Program-made: the position numbers and the translations under genes
Origin: Candidatus Latescibacterota bacterium
Lineage (GTDB): Bacteria > Latescibacterota > UBA2968
Length of the DNA stretch: 64,000 nt
Direction of reading: 5' to 3'
Assembly: GCA_965204375.1 (NCBI GenBank)
Contig: OZ241986.1
Span: 3,680,001-3,744,000 of the forward strand
Notes under the pieces: generated by a model
The model's database searches: none
What the model was told of the DNA's origin: nothing
What the model saw: only the letters and a program-made list of their open reading frames with translations
Shown here: positions 39,108 to 49,837 of the stretch, piece after piece
How the letters are laid out: each line of letters begins with the position of its first letter
Position numbering within the stretch: position 1 is the first letter of the stretch

Positions 39108-40350
39108 CTCCAAGCCACCTCCCGGCAACTGCCGCGCGTATGCAGGCCTCCGTCTTGGCAATAATCACTTCTGCACCCACCATCCCCCGCGCATAGTGCG
39201 CCTGCTTAAAACCGTGGGTCACAATGCGCTTCGCCGGAATCCGCATATTTGTCGGACAGGTATCGCAAAGAATGCGCCCGCCAGCCGCCTCAATAATCTC
39301 CGTATAGCCCATCCTATCCGCATTTCCCTTCGTACCCCGCGCTGTATCGATCCACAGGCGCACGCCTTTTGCCACCTTTTTCCCCTTCAAAAGAGCGGCA
39401 ATTTTCGAAAGCTCATTAATAGACGCATGCGGGCAACCCAGAATGACCGAATCGATTTCATCTCCCGTGCGCACCCGCAAAGACTCATAAGTCTCCCTCA
39501 ACGTCTCCGCATCAAACGTCAAATAATCCTCTGGAACATCCCCCTGAAACGCCGCTTCCAAAGTAGGCGCTTCTGGCGTAACACCCGCGATATGACACAT
39601 CGTCACCCCGCCCGAAGTCGCCAGCGCCGCACACAGTTGCTTGGCCTCGTCCTGAGAAGGCCGCCGTATGCCATTGAACACCGGAATACCCAGACCCGCT
39701 GCTTTTCCCGCAAAATAGCCCAGAGCACCCCAATCGGGCGGATCCTCCAACTCCGCCGTCACCTCTATCCGAAGCGTGCCCTTGCGATTCTCATCCAGCA
39801 ACACGCCGAACTCCGGAACCAGACCCAGAAGCGAGGCTGCAATCGCGCTCTCCGTGCCGTGCCGCGTCGTCCGCGCGCCCAGAATAGAATTGGCATAAAC
39901 CACCGCAGACGACTCCGTCCACGCCAGAACCTCATCCTTGAGCGGCACATTGCCCACCAGATACGGGGCACAGGTAAAAGTGGGGATAAACCCCGCATCC
40001 GCAGCCAGAACCGCCAGATCCTTCTGCATCTGCACCTGCTCGGGATCATTCTCGGGCACATCCAAATCATCCAGAGTCACAAACGCCGCATGCACCGTAC
40101 AGGTACATCCGGGATGCGTCCCGTGGGAACACGCCTCCACGAGATCGGCCATATATCGGTCCATCGTCTCTTTGGACGCCCCCTGAGCCATCAAATTGGG
40201 CACCGGCAGCAAAGCGTGTGTATTATCCACTTTAATCAGCCGTTTTGCCCCCATCACCTCGCCCCATTCAACCAGCCAGCGCATGCACTTTGCCAGATAG
40301 TCTCCCCGCGATCCATCCAGAACAGCCTGCTGTTCTCCTGTCAGTTCCAT
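39100..40350 (-). CDS. Aconitase X catalytic subunit (DUF521)
   Basis: TCAPY, AWTESSAVVYANSILGART, LGCPHAS, DTC. Confidence 0.92.
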   Translation of the reverse strand: MELTGEQQAVLDGSRGDYLAKCMRWLVEWGEVMGAKRLIKVDNTHALLPVPNLMAQGASKETMDRYMADLVEACSHGTHPGCTCTVHAAFVTLDDLDVPENDPEQVQMQKDLAVLAADAGFIPTFTCAPYLVGNVPLKDEVLAWTESSAVVYANSILGARTTRHGTESAIAASLLGLVPEFGVLLDENRKGTLRIEVTAELEDPPDWGALGYFAGKAAGLGIPVFNGIRRPSQDEAKQLCAALATSGGVTMCHIAGVTPEAPTLEAAFQGDVPEDYLTFDAETLRETYESLRVRTGDEIDSVILGCPHASINELSKIAALLKGKKVAKGVRLWIDTARGTKGNADRMGYTEIIEAAGGRILCDTCPTNMRIPAKRIVTHGFKQAHYARGMVGAEVIIAKTEACIRAAVAGRWLGDG

Positions 40351-40363
40351 AAAACGCTCCTCC

Positions 40364-41239
40364 TCAATTACCGATCGGATCGATACCCGCCATCTCGTAA
40401 TTCCTGATCCAGTCGTGATGTGACCTCGCCACACCCTCTGGATTGACCCGACTTCGAGCGATAAAACCCGGCACATTCTCACGACCGGTCGGAAGCCCAA
40501 TGCGGCTATAGCGAACATCCAGACTCCACCTGACGGATTTTGTCGTATGCGGGGTTGAGCGATGCAAAACGCGCTCCATCGTCATCAATACATCTCCCAC
40601 ATCGACCTCGCAAGTCACGACCTCAAAATCCGGAAGATCACTTTCGAAGACCCCTTTAAAGTGGGGTGTCCGATAATCGTGTGGCAAAAGACCGACCCGA
40701 TGGGAACCGCGAAGCACCTGCAAACACCCGTTATCGGCCGTCGCCTTAACCAGTGGGATCCAGAAATTGACAAATAGCGTCTCTCCTGCATCCTCCGGTA
40801 TGAGATACGCCAGATCCTGATGCCACGGCACCACAGTCGCTTCCAGATCTGGCAATTTGGCGCGCAGATTGGACTGCGGATGCGCGTAAATCTCGGGACC
40901 AATCAGAGATTCAGTCGCATCCAGTATAGCCGGATGCGTCCTGAGCGCGAACATCCCGGGCGTCTTAAATCTCTTCCCCTGAAAATGCTTCCAGATCCGC
41001 TCTGGCTCCGCACAGGCATTCGACACCAGAGCCAATCGGGTCTCAAAAGGCGCGTCGGGAAAAGTATCCCCCGGATCGAGCAGACCCTCATCCACTGCCG
41101 CGCCCACCACCTCGTCAATTTTAGCCACGAGTTCATCGACAAACGGTTGGTACGCTTCTTCTGGAAGCTGATCGCGGACGATCAAAAAACCATCGTCGTG
41201 GAACTGCGCCACCTGTTCTACGCTCAGTCCATATTTCAT
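40364..41239 (-). CDS. PhyH-family Fe/2-oxoglutarate dioxygenase
   Basis: PWHQD, NGCLQVLRGSH, LHRS. Confidence 0.9.
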   Translation of the reverse strand: MKYGLSVEQVAQFHDDGFLIVRDQLPEEAYQPFVDELVAKIDEVVGAAVDEGLLDPGDTFPDAPFETRLALVSNACAEPERIWKHFQGKRFKTPGMFALRTHPAILDATESLIGPEIYAHPQSNLRAKLPDLEATVVPWHQDLAYLIPEDAGETLFVNFWIPLVKATADNGCLQVLRGSHRVGLLPHDYRTPHFKGVFESDLPDFEVVTCEVDVGDVLMTMERVLHRSTPHTTKSVRWSLDVRYSRIGLPTGRENVPGFIARSRVNPEGVARSHHDWIRNYEMAGIDPIGN

Positions 41240-41440
41240 GGGAAACCCTCCAATAAGTTTTTACCCACGCATCGCATTGTAATCAACCGCAGAATCCTCT
41301 CCAGGTCAAGCGTTCTCTGCGATACCCTCTTTGGAAGCGATCCACGACCGCCTGCCGCTAACCTTACGTCATTAGAATGCACTGATCTCAGGTCTAATCC
41401 GCACACTGAGGCCTTGCCTCTTCGGGTGGGCAAAATTCAC

Positions 41441-43924
41441 CTATCCCGGCGTACCGCCGTAATAAAAAACAACCTCTCGCACTCTGGTCTCACCGCTGCC
41501 CAGATCTTCAACTGTAATCTCCAAAACATTCACACCAGCTTTTGCCTTCCTCAGGTCGAGTTCGACATATTCGTACTCGGACCGCTCCTTCCCCACCTGC
41601 TCGTAGGTCACCGACACCTGAGGTTTTCTTCGTTTGAAGAGCGAACGGAGCCCGGTCGTAATCGCTCCGGCAATTCCCACAGTAGCTTCAGGCGTGAACC
41701 GCACCAGGTATTTTACCTTATAATGGGTCTGACCGTAGTCATTCCGTTTCAGGTTATAGATCTCGAAATAGGCATAGACCTTCTGCTCCTTCGTGTATGT
41801 CCTGGAAGGCACCGGAACCACCCAGAGTTCGCCCTTTCGAAATCGGTCGTTCGTCCCTTCATCCCCAATCGAAGAAGCGAGTTGGATACCGCTGACATGG
41901 AGGCCTTCCGATGCATAGTCCGGGACCTCTACAGACTGTTTATATATCCCGGTGTGTCCCGAAGCCATGTCTTTGAGTTGAACCTGTAGCTCGTATTTCC
42001 CGGGAGGTACCTGAACTTGAAGCTGGTCGGGCACAAACACCCCCCTCGCCTTACTGAAACCCTTGCTATTCTGGTAAAAAAACTCATCTGTAGCGCGGTA
42101 AATATGGGTGTAATCCTCGTTCATCAGCGCCATGGAACTCTGCACCCGGATCATGAAGTCCTCGTCTCCCTTGACGATCTCCACCTCGCGGGGGGGAATA
42201 CCGTAATAGACTTCGAAATTGGTCTGTCCCTCGGAACCGCGGAAATCGGCCAGATCGTAATAGAAATGCAGCGCGGCACCTCGCATGCTCGGACGATAAT
42301 AATCGGGGGTTTGTGCAATGGTCCTCTGGAAGACCGTCCCGGGAGCATACTCGAGCATTCGCGCGGCATTTGCGAGCTTATTCTCTCCGGTGGGAATGGG
42401 GGGAACCCGGGCAAACTCGTAGTCGCCGCTGCCGAACTCATCGGTAAAAGTAAACTCCACACCTCCCTGGAGTTGGGTGTAGGTCCACGTTTCCCAGGGC
42501 ACGGTTTCAGCGCTGCGTTCCATCGTCACGGGCGCGTAGTTTTCGAAGGTGAGGCGGAGGTTTGGATTTCCCAACTCATCCAACATACTCGTGGGATTCA
42601 GGCCGAGCATGTCGGCGTTGGCATCTCCTTCTGCTTCTGCCGGAGCCGGACCCACGGTCTCTTCCAACTCCCCGGGCGCGTCGAGGGACCCCGTTTCGAT
42701 ATCGAACTCCATATCGGGGCGACGAGGACTGGATCGGATGGGAAAGACCGGCCCGGTAAAGGTTAAATACGTGGCGGCAGGACCGTAAAGGTCCACGGCC
42801 ATCCGGGTGCGCACCGCCTCGACCTCAGGGCTCATACTCAACTGCCTCTTACTGGAACGGTAGTCGGGCTCACCGTAGCGAATATAGACCTCTCCCCGCT
42901 TGTCCCATGGGAATACCTTTTTGGAAAAAAAGGTGCGTGCGTACCAGACCCTGCGGTAATGTTCAATAATGCGCTCGTTGATCCGCGTCAAGATATCGGA
43001 ATCCCGACGCAACCAGAATTTTTCCAGATAGTCCAGACGCTCGGTGCTGTCAGAGATCGCTTGATAGGCGTGAAATTCCCTCTCAGACGCAACGAGCGAG
43101 ATGTCGGTATAGTGCTGGCGCTCTTGATCATCCACCTTTTTCAGATAGCGCTCGAACTGTTCTAAGGCGGTTTCATAGCGCTCTAAAAAGAAGTAGCCCT
43201 GGGCTATTAAGGGGATCAGCCGGGTCTCCATGAGATGCGGTTTCAGGTGAGGCGTGAGGTATGTGTTGATCTTGCTGTACTGTTCACCCTGCACACAGGC
43301 GAGCCCGAAGTAGTAAAGCCCATCTACATTGTCGGGCTCCAGCGCGACGTACTTCTCATAGTAGTGGATGGCTTTCTCGTGATCCTGCCAGAAGCGCTCG
43401 TAGAGTTCGCCCAAAAGCCGGTAGGCCGGGGCATAAGTAGAATCAATCCTGACCGCACGCCTGGCCTCGCCTCGAGCGCGCCTGGAGTTAAAGAAAGCAT
43501 TGAGTCCCCTACCAGGGCCCTCCACATAGACCAACCCGAGCCCCACATAGGCATCGGGACGGGTTGCATCCAGCTTTTTGGCCGTTTTGAAGGTCTTTTC
43601 GGCCTCCTTGAAGTCCCGATTTTTGAGATAGGCGTAGCCGAGCTGAGAGTGAAGAGCGGCATCCTCTGGATAAGCCTCAACCAGCCGGGTGAAGGTGACG
43701 ACCGCATCGCCGGATGCGCCTTCGAGCATCTGTCGCTCTCCCCGGGCAAGCAGAGTGTCCTTCTCGGCTTTGGAAAGTACCACCTTCTGTTCTGTTTCAC
43801 CCTCTTCACGAGCAGAAACGGCAGATACGAGGATCGCAACCCCTACCAAAAAGATCCAATTGCAGGGAAATTTGTTCCGGTTTCCCCGGTCTCGTAATCG
43901 ACTCAATCCGGTCAAAGCATTCAT
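41441..43924 (-). CDS. TPR + GWxTD-domain protein
   Basis: TPR repeats; EHYRRVWYA...PWDKRGEVYIRYGEPD; start codon uncertain. Confidence 0.82.
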   Translation of the reverse strand: MNALTGLSRLRDRGNRNKFPCNWIFLVGVAILVSAVSAREEGETEQKVVLSKAEKDTLLARGERQMLEGASGDAVVTFTRLVEAYPEDAALHSQLGYAYLKNRDFKEAEKTFKTAKKLDATRPDAYVGLGLVYVEGPGRGLNAFFNSRRARGEARRAVRIDSTYAPAYRLLGELYERFWQDHEKAIHYYEKYVALEPDNVDGLYYFGLACVQGEQYSKINTYLTPHLKPHLMETRLIPLIAQGYFFLERYETALEQFERYLKKVDDQERQHYTDISLVASEREFHAYQAISDSTERLDYLEKFWLRRDSDILTRINERIIEHYRRVWYARTFFSKKVFPWDKRGEVYIRYGEPDYRSSKRQLSMSPEVEAVRTRMAVDLYGPAATYLTFTGPVFPIRSSPRRPDMEFDIETGSLDAPGELEETVGPAPAEAEGDANADMLGLNPTSMLDELGNPNLRLTFENYAPVTMERSAETVPWETWTYTQLQGGVEFTFTDEFGSGDYEFARVPPIPTGENKLANAARMLEYAPGTVFQRTIAQTPDYYRPSMRGAALHFYYDLADFRGSEGQTNFEVYYGIPPREVEIVKGDEDFMIRVQSSMALMNEDYTHIYRATDEFFYQNSKGFSKARGVFVPDQLQVQVPPGKYELQVQLKDMASGHTGIYKQSVEVPDYASEGLHVSGIQLASSIGDEGTNDRFRKGELWVVPVPSRTYTKEQKVYAYFEIYNLKRNDYGQTHYKVKYLVRFTPEATVGIAGAITTGLRSLFKRRKPQVSVTYEQVGKERSEYEYVELDLRKAKAGVNVLEITVEDLGSGETRVREVVFYYGGTPG

Positions 43925-43947
43925 CGCACCCTTCTCCTTATTCCGCT

Positions 43948-44871
43948 CTACTTTGCCTTTGCGGTAAAGCCCCATTCTTTGCGGAATTCCCCAATGGATT
44001 TTCGATCTTCCAGAGGGGCCTTGGGAATAACGTCGCCCGCATCCTCTCCCATATGGCGATCGTCAACCGCTTCGGATGCGAGCTGATAGCGGGTATCGCT
44101 GCTAAAGCGGAAATAGTTGGACGTGTTTTCAAGCGAGGCGTGCATGAAATACATGCCGAAGATGACGACATCGCCCGCGTTAAAAGGGGTAGATGCCCAC
44201 CGGACATCCAGAGTTTTCATAACGTCATCGGGATCGGTGGAAAACGCGCCCCCATCCAGATCTTGATGCGCGTCCATCGCGCCGTAAGTATTTTTTAGAT
44301 GCTGGATTTTATGGGAGCCTAAACAGAGGGCAAGCGGGCCCATATCCAGAGATATATCGCCGAGCGCGGTCCACATCGTATAGAGGTTTTTGGTGCCAGC
44401 ACCCATATAGACCACATCGTAATGCGCCCCCGCATTCTGACCGCGGCAGATCACGCGGAGCCATTTGTGATCAAATGAAAGAACAGGGCCACCCATAAAG
44501 CGTTCGAAGAAGGCCATGGTGTTTTTGCCTTCAACGATTTCGAGAAATCCCGGCCATTGTTTCACAAGTCGGTCCGCAAAGCGGGGACGGCGATTCTCGC
44601 CAATCACCGCCTCGTCTATAGGCGTGTTCGGGGCAAGGAGATTCTGGGCGGCCATGTTTTCCAGGATTTCTCTCCGGGCATTTTGAATTTGCTGCCGCGT
44701 ATGAAAATTGCGAATAATGAGATAGCCGTCTTCTTCAATGCGCTGGTGAAGGGCCTCGGTATCGTCGAGCAGGTGGGTGGCTTCACTGGGGGTGAAAATA
44801 GTTTCGCCAAAGACGAGTTCGCGTCCAGACATCGAAACCCGGGTACCGTCGGGAATGTTAAAATTGGACAT
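43948..44871 (-). CDS. PhyH-family dioxygenase
   Basis: AHYDVVYM, GDVVIFGMYFMHAS, SSDTRYQ. Confidence 0.88.
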   Translation of the reverse strand: MSNFNIPDGTRVSMSGRELVFGETIFTPSEATHLLDDTEALHQRIEEDGYLIIRNFHTRQQIQNARREILENMAAQNLLAPNTPIDEAVIGENRRPRFADRLVKQWPGFLEIVEGKNTMAFFERFMGGPVLSFDHKWLRVICRGQNAGAHYDVVYMGAGTKNLYTMWTALGDISLDMGPLALCLGSHKIQHLKNTYGAMDAHQDLDGGAFSTDPDDVMKTLDVRWASTPFNAGDVVIFGMYFMHASLENTSNYFRFSSDTRYQLASEAVDDRHMGEDAGDVIPKAPLEDRKSIGEFRKEWGFTAKAK

Positions 44872-45076
44872 GGGTATTCTCCTTAGAGATGAGAGTTCCT
44901 GAGGGTCGTTGATTCTTCTTCGACTAATCTTTGCTCATCAAAGATGGGGAAGAGCCTTCTTCATACGCTATCCAGAGTTGTAAGTCGCAGAGGATGCGCG
45001 CGTCACTGCCTGGTGTATTGTGAGCAATCTCAATGACTACCTTCAAAAGTGTTTCGAGACCAGAGAAAAGTCAACT

Positions 45077-46663
45077 CTAACCTGAGCCGATTCCCGAATC
45101 ACCCCGGACATGCCTTTCCCATACATCATACATCTCGGCCATCTCTTTCACCAGATCCGGGTATTGATCCGCAAGGTCATTCACCTCTGTTCGATCAACC
45201 TCCATATCGTAAAGTTCCCAAAGCGAATTCGGGTCCGGCCACGCTTTTTGTTCTGACCTTGCCTCTCTTTCAGGACGCCAGGGATTGTAATCTCTCCAAT
45301 AATCAGGAGAGACGAGTTTCCATTTTCCCATTCTCACAGCACGCCAGAGGGCGGTCTCACTATACTGATTCCAGTACAGCGCCCTGTGGCCCTCGCGCTG
45401 TTCGCCTCTGAAGACCGGCAGCAGGCTCTTGCCTTCCAGGGGCAGGACGCCTTTGTGGGAGGACGGGTATTCCGCCCCTGCAATATCTGTACAGGTAGCC
45501 ATAACATCGATGAGGTGACCGATCTGATGGGTGATCTCGCCCCCGTTTTGAATCACGCGCGGCCAGTGTGCGATAAACGGTGTAGAGATGCCTCCCTCGT
45601 GGTTCCACCGCTTGAATTTGCGAAAAGGCGTATTGCTGAGATTGGCCCAGGGCAGATCTACCGTACGGTACGACGCCATGGGACCGGGCGGAATATCGGG
45701 GGTGCTGGTCCTGTCTTCATCGCTGGCGCCGTTGTCGGACAGAAACAGCACGAGGGTGTTTTCCTCTATACCGAGCTCGCGGAGTTTGGCCTGAAGGCGT
45801 CCGACATTCTGGTCCACGCGGTCAATCATGGCCGCGTAAACAGCCATCTTTAGATCCCAGGCATCTCGATCCTCAATCTCCTCCCACGACAGCGAATCCG
45901 GATCGCGCGCCGAAAGGGCCCACCGCTCGTCAATCAGGCCCATCTCGACCATGCACTCGAGGCGCTGCTCCCGCAACCTGTCCCAACCGACTTTGTATTT
46001 GCCCTTATACTTTGCGATGTCCCTCGGCCAGGCGTGCAGAGGATAGTGCGGCGCAGTATAGGCCACGTAGAGAAAGAAAGGTCTGTCTTCCCGCCCGTAC
46101 TCGTCCAGGTATCCAAGGGCGTAATCGGTGAACGCGTCGGTGGAGTAGAAGTCCTTGTCTTCGGGTGTGTAGGGCTGAATGACCCTGTCGTCGATGGCAA
46201 ATGCGGGATTGTCGTCCGGAAATTTTTCACCGGGCCGTTCTTCACCGGGTCGTTGCAGACCCGGGTTAAAGAAATTGCAGCATCCATCGACGAGGCCGTA
46301 ATAGCGGTCGAAACCCCGTTCGACGGGTAATCCAGAGAAAAGCCCAGACAGATGCCATTTTCCCGCCATGAGGGTGCGGTAGCCGGCAGCCTTGAGTACC
46401 TCGGCGATGGTAACGCAGCTCTTCGGCCCTCCCCTGCTGACTTGCTGGGAGTAAAGCCCGGTCAGCAGAGACGCCCGCGTAGGTGCGCACAGGGCATTGT
46501 TGTAAAACTGGGTGAAGCGAAGGCCGTTTGAGGCAAGCCGGTCGAGGTTGGGGGTACGGATCTCGCCGCCATAGCATCCCAGGTCGGAAAATCCCAGATC
46601 ATCGACCATAATCAAGAGAATATTCGGTCTTGAGCTATTTTCCGTCAATCTACTCGAGTTCAT
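45077..46663 (-). CDS. Arylsulfatase
   Basis: DDLGFSDLGCYG, CAPTRASLLTG, GKWH, SDNG. Confidence 0.93.
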   Translation of the reverse strand: MNSSRLTENSSRPNILLIMVDDLGFSDLGCYGGEIRTPNLDRLASNGLRFTQFYNNALCAPTRASLLTGLYSQQVSRGGPKSCVTIAEVLKAAGYRTLMAGKWHLSGLFSGLPVERGFDRYYGLVDGCCNFFNPGLQRPGEERPGEKFPDDNPAFAIDDRVIQPYTPEDKDFYSTDAFTDYALGYLDEYGREDRPFFLYVAYTAPHYPLHAWPRDIAKYKGKYKVGWDRLREQRLECMVEMGLIDERWALSARDPDSLSWEEIEDRDAWDLKMAVYAAMIDRVDQNVGRLQAKLRELGIEENTLVLFLSDNGASDEDRTSTPDIPPGPMASYRTVDLPWANLSNTPFRKFKRWNHEGGISTPFIAHWPRVIQNGGEITHQIGHLIDVMATCTDIAGAEYPSSHKGVLPLEGKSLLPVFRGEQREGHRALYWNQYSETALWRAVRMGKWKLVSPDYWRDYNPWRPEREARSEQKAWPDPNSLWELYDMEVDRTEVNDLADQYPDLVKEMAEMYDVWERHVRGDSGIGSG

Positions 46664-46677
46664 CTAATATCTCCTTA

Positions 46678-48690
46678 TTACCAACCGTGAACATAATGCC
46701 CATCTCCGAGGGGGAACCAGATGTAGTCAACAAGGGAGGAGAGAAAGACCCCTGCGACGTATCCTATCGGAAGACCGATAAAAAAAGGAGCTGCGCGGCG
46801 ATACAGACCAATGCCCCCGATGCGCATAATCAGGCTCTTGGCGGTCCAGGTCAGGAAGATGGAGAAGGCGTAGATACGGGGACCCGTGGTATTCTGGAAG
46901 GCCAGGCCAAGGGGATGAAGGGGCCACCAGGACAGGCGGTTGCGCAACAATACCAGGAGCAGAACCTCCAGAGCACCGAAAAGACAAACACCTACCTTGG
47001 CGGGGTCGAAGACGGTAAGATCGCTCTCCAGAACTTTCGCCGCCAGCCTGTTGTACGGAGCGACCAGTGATCCCGCCGGGTTAAAAGGTCCTTTGTGCAA
47101 ATTCTGTCCACCGTAGATGTAGGGCAAGTAGATCACGAAGAAGAAGGAGGCGAACAGGCCCGCGAGAAACGCCAGCAGAACGAGCCAGACGACGAGTGAT
47201 CGCCTGCGGGTGAGGCTACTGAGAAGTTTGAAGTGGTGGGGCAGCGCAGGCCAGGCCGGAATGCGGAGATTGCCGAAGAAGGCACCCGTGTTGACCATGC
47301 CGATGCCGACGAGGTCTCCCCGAGAGAGGTTCGCGGTGCCGACCAGGGTCTCCAGCATAGGTCCCCCTTTTACGGCCACTGGAAAAAGATGGGTAAACCC
47401 GCTGGCGGCCGTGAACTTGGCAACGGTCAGGTAGGCGATGTAGAGCATTAGAGTGTGGGCAATGGCCATTGGGAGCGATATCCCGAAGGCGTGCATCAAG
47501 CCGACGATGAAGACGGTAGAGATCCCGAGCCCGAGCAGGGCAATCCGATAGGACGCGGTCCCCTCATCTTTCGGATCACCCACGCCCCCGAGTGCGGTGC
47601 GCCAGACCCGCTGCAGATGGCCCCGCGCGACCCAGACCGACCAGAGCGCCAACAGGACCATTGCGCCGTAGCCCTCCAGATCGAGGATTCCACTGGGAGG
47701 AGCCTGTTGCCCGGACAGTCCAATACCGAAGCCAGTGCGGTTCATGATCCCCAGTTTGAAGATCGCCAGCAGGCGGAACGCCCAGAGGCTGAGCAGGATA
47801 TCCAGGTTGCAGAAGTAGGTAAGCCCGATCACCGTAGGCAGGACGCGGAGATAGACCGGAGGAAAGTCCCTGCTTACATGCACCGCCTTGGTCAGGTAGA
47901 ATCCAAAAACGGTGATTTCGGGCAATACGACCGCGAAGTAACCTGCGATATTCCAGAGAAAGATACCAAATACCAGAAAAAAGCCCGCCCAAAAGACACC
48001 ATCGCGGAAGAGGCGGGGTACCCGCCCCGGCTCGTCGAATCCCGACGTCAACGCCACGGCAAATTGCGCAAGCGGATAGGTCAACCGCTCGGCATCCTCC
48101 CACTGGCGCTGGAGGATGATAAACGCACAGATGCCGGCTGTGAGCACAGCGATGGGGATCGCCGTACCCCAGAAGAGGGGCCTGACCCACCCGATCCAGG
48201 GCACGGGTGTCTCGGGCGCAAGGCCGTCGTAATAGGGCCGTATAACGGCCGGAGACGCATCGGGCATATACCACCAGGGCAGGGCGTCGAAGAACGCCTC
48301 TTCCCACCGGTTCTCGGGGGAGGCGAAGTAGGTGGGTGCAGCCAGAGTACTCGCCCAGTAGCCGGTAAAACCCTCAAAGGGGATGTTTCCGGCGATTCAG
48401 GACATGCTGTAGATCACCAGGAGTTCGGTACCGCTCAACGCCGCCCGGGGGAAGAATGCCTTCAGGCCCAGATTGACAAAGAGCCAGAGACCAAACGGGA
48501 TCAGCATCGCCATCGGAAACTGGGACTTGTTCAGGGAAAAGGAGCCCATGACCATGCCGGCATAGTCGGCATAGATGTTGAGAATTACGACAGTGGCCGC
48601 GCCCAGGAGAACGGAGCGGAGGGTGATGCGGGCGGACGCCTTCTCGGGAGCCTGGCTGGCGTTGGTGTCAAGAGTTGAAGAATCTGGCAT
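46678..48690 (-). pseudogene. DUF6785/DUF6784-like membrane protein interrupted by one in-frame TGA (48397-48399)
   Basis: ORFs 48397-48735 and 46678-48267 share a frame; IYSMS*IAG aligns to IYSMSWIVG of the paralog at 61588. Confidence 0.8.
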
Positions 48691-48825
48691 GGAATCTGTT
48701 AAAAAATCGCAATGGCGCAAAAGCCACCCATTCAAACCAAAAGGACCCTGTCGGGTAAACTCTGCGCCACTTGAGATTCCCTCGGCGCCACCTGAAAGGG
48801 AAGCCGAGGGATTTTAGCCCGGCGG

Positions 48826-49821
48826 TTACAGCGAGCCGGAAAAACTCAGACGGATCGGGGCATCGAAATATTTCCCGAAGTCGGAGTAGGCGATGTCCAG
48901 CCGAATATTTCGACCTGAGAAGGTGCCCTTCAGCCCCGCGCCGACGGTCCACGATTCTGCATCGTAGTCAAACTTATAGCCCGCGCGCAGCGCGACGATA
49001 TTTTTCAACCACAACTCGCCGCCCAGATTATAGCGCTGATCGCGGTCAGTGAAGTAGGCCCCCTCAAAGGAGGCGGTTAGCGACATCGGATCGCCCAACT
49101 CGCCGACGACCTCCATCGAGGTGCCCAGATTGAACACCACCGGAAATTCCGCGGGGTCGCTGTGGATCTTCATCTCGTTGCCCAGATTGTTAATACCCAT
49201 GCCGATGCGGAGGCTGCGGTAGCCAGTGTGCAGCAGCGTGTAGAGACTCAGCGAAGTCCCACCCAGCTTTTCCGGACCGAGATTGGACTGGACAAATGAG
49301 AACTTGGCAGCCGCTGAAAGCTTGTCGGTCAACTGACGGGCAAAAATCACACCTAAGGCGTAGTCACCTACATCCAGCATTTCTCCTGTGCCATTGGGCT
49401 CCAGAATGGTGGTCCGTTCGATCTCTGGAGGTTGGTGGTTGACCACGGAAATGCCCAGCATAGCGTTCCACCCGACATTGAGGGCGACAGCGCCAGAGTA
49501 GAACTTAGAACCTACCAGCCACTGCGCGTATCCGAAGGAATAACCCAACCGCCGCACCGAGGTGATACCGGCCGGATTCAAATAGATCGCATCCATGCCC
49601 TCGGCAACAGAGGTATAGGCGTCGCCCATCGCCGCAATACGGGCACTGGGTGTGACCTTCAGGAAGGCGAGCGTGCTCGGTCCTTGCTTTTCAAAAGCTC
49701 CGGTAACCTTGTCATTAAACAGGTGCGGCACGTCCAGTTCTTGCTGTGCCTCCGCCCCCAGCGTGCCGCAGACGGCAATCGCGATCGTAAATAAGAGAAT
49801 TCTTTTCATAGTTGAAACCAT
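48826..49821 (-). CDS. PorV/PorQ-like outer-membrane beta-barrel
   Basis: FLKVTPSARIAAMGDAY...IYLNPAG signature; LRAGY. Confidence 0.85.
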   Translation of the reverse strand: MVSTMKRILLFTIAIAVCGTLGAEAQQELDVPHLFNDKVTGAFEKQGPSTLAFLKVTPSARIAAMGDAYTSVAEGMDAIYLNPAGITSVRRLGYSFGYAQWLVGSKFYSGAVALNVGWNAMLGISVVNHQPPEIERTTILEPNGTGEMLDVGDYALGVIFARQLTDKLSAAAKFSFVQSNLGPEKLGGTSLSLYTLLHTGYRSLRIGMGINNLGNEMKIHSDPAEFPVVFNLGTSMEVVGELGDPMSLTASFEGAYFTDRDQRYNLGGELWLKNIVALRAGYKFDYDAESWTVGAGLKGTFSGRNIRLDIAYSDFGKYFDAPIRLSFSGSL

Positions 49822-49837
49822 CCTTTATTTAAAGCAG

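Noticed and set aside
38173-40407. 744-aa plus-strand ORF
   Set aside because: Antisense shadow of the sulfatase and AcnX genes; Arg/His/Pro-rich with no recognisable motifs.
41240-41440. Possible riboswitch upstream of the PhyH/AcnX operon
   Set aside because: Only short hairpins; no aptamer consensus I can recognise by eye.
46678-48735. Alternative genetic code (TGA=Trp/Gly) or selenocysteine
   Set aside because: TGA is a normal stop elsewhere in the window, and the aligned residue is Trp, not Cys.
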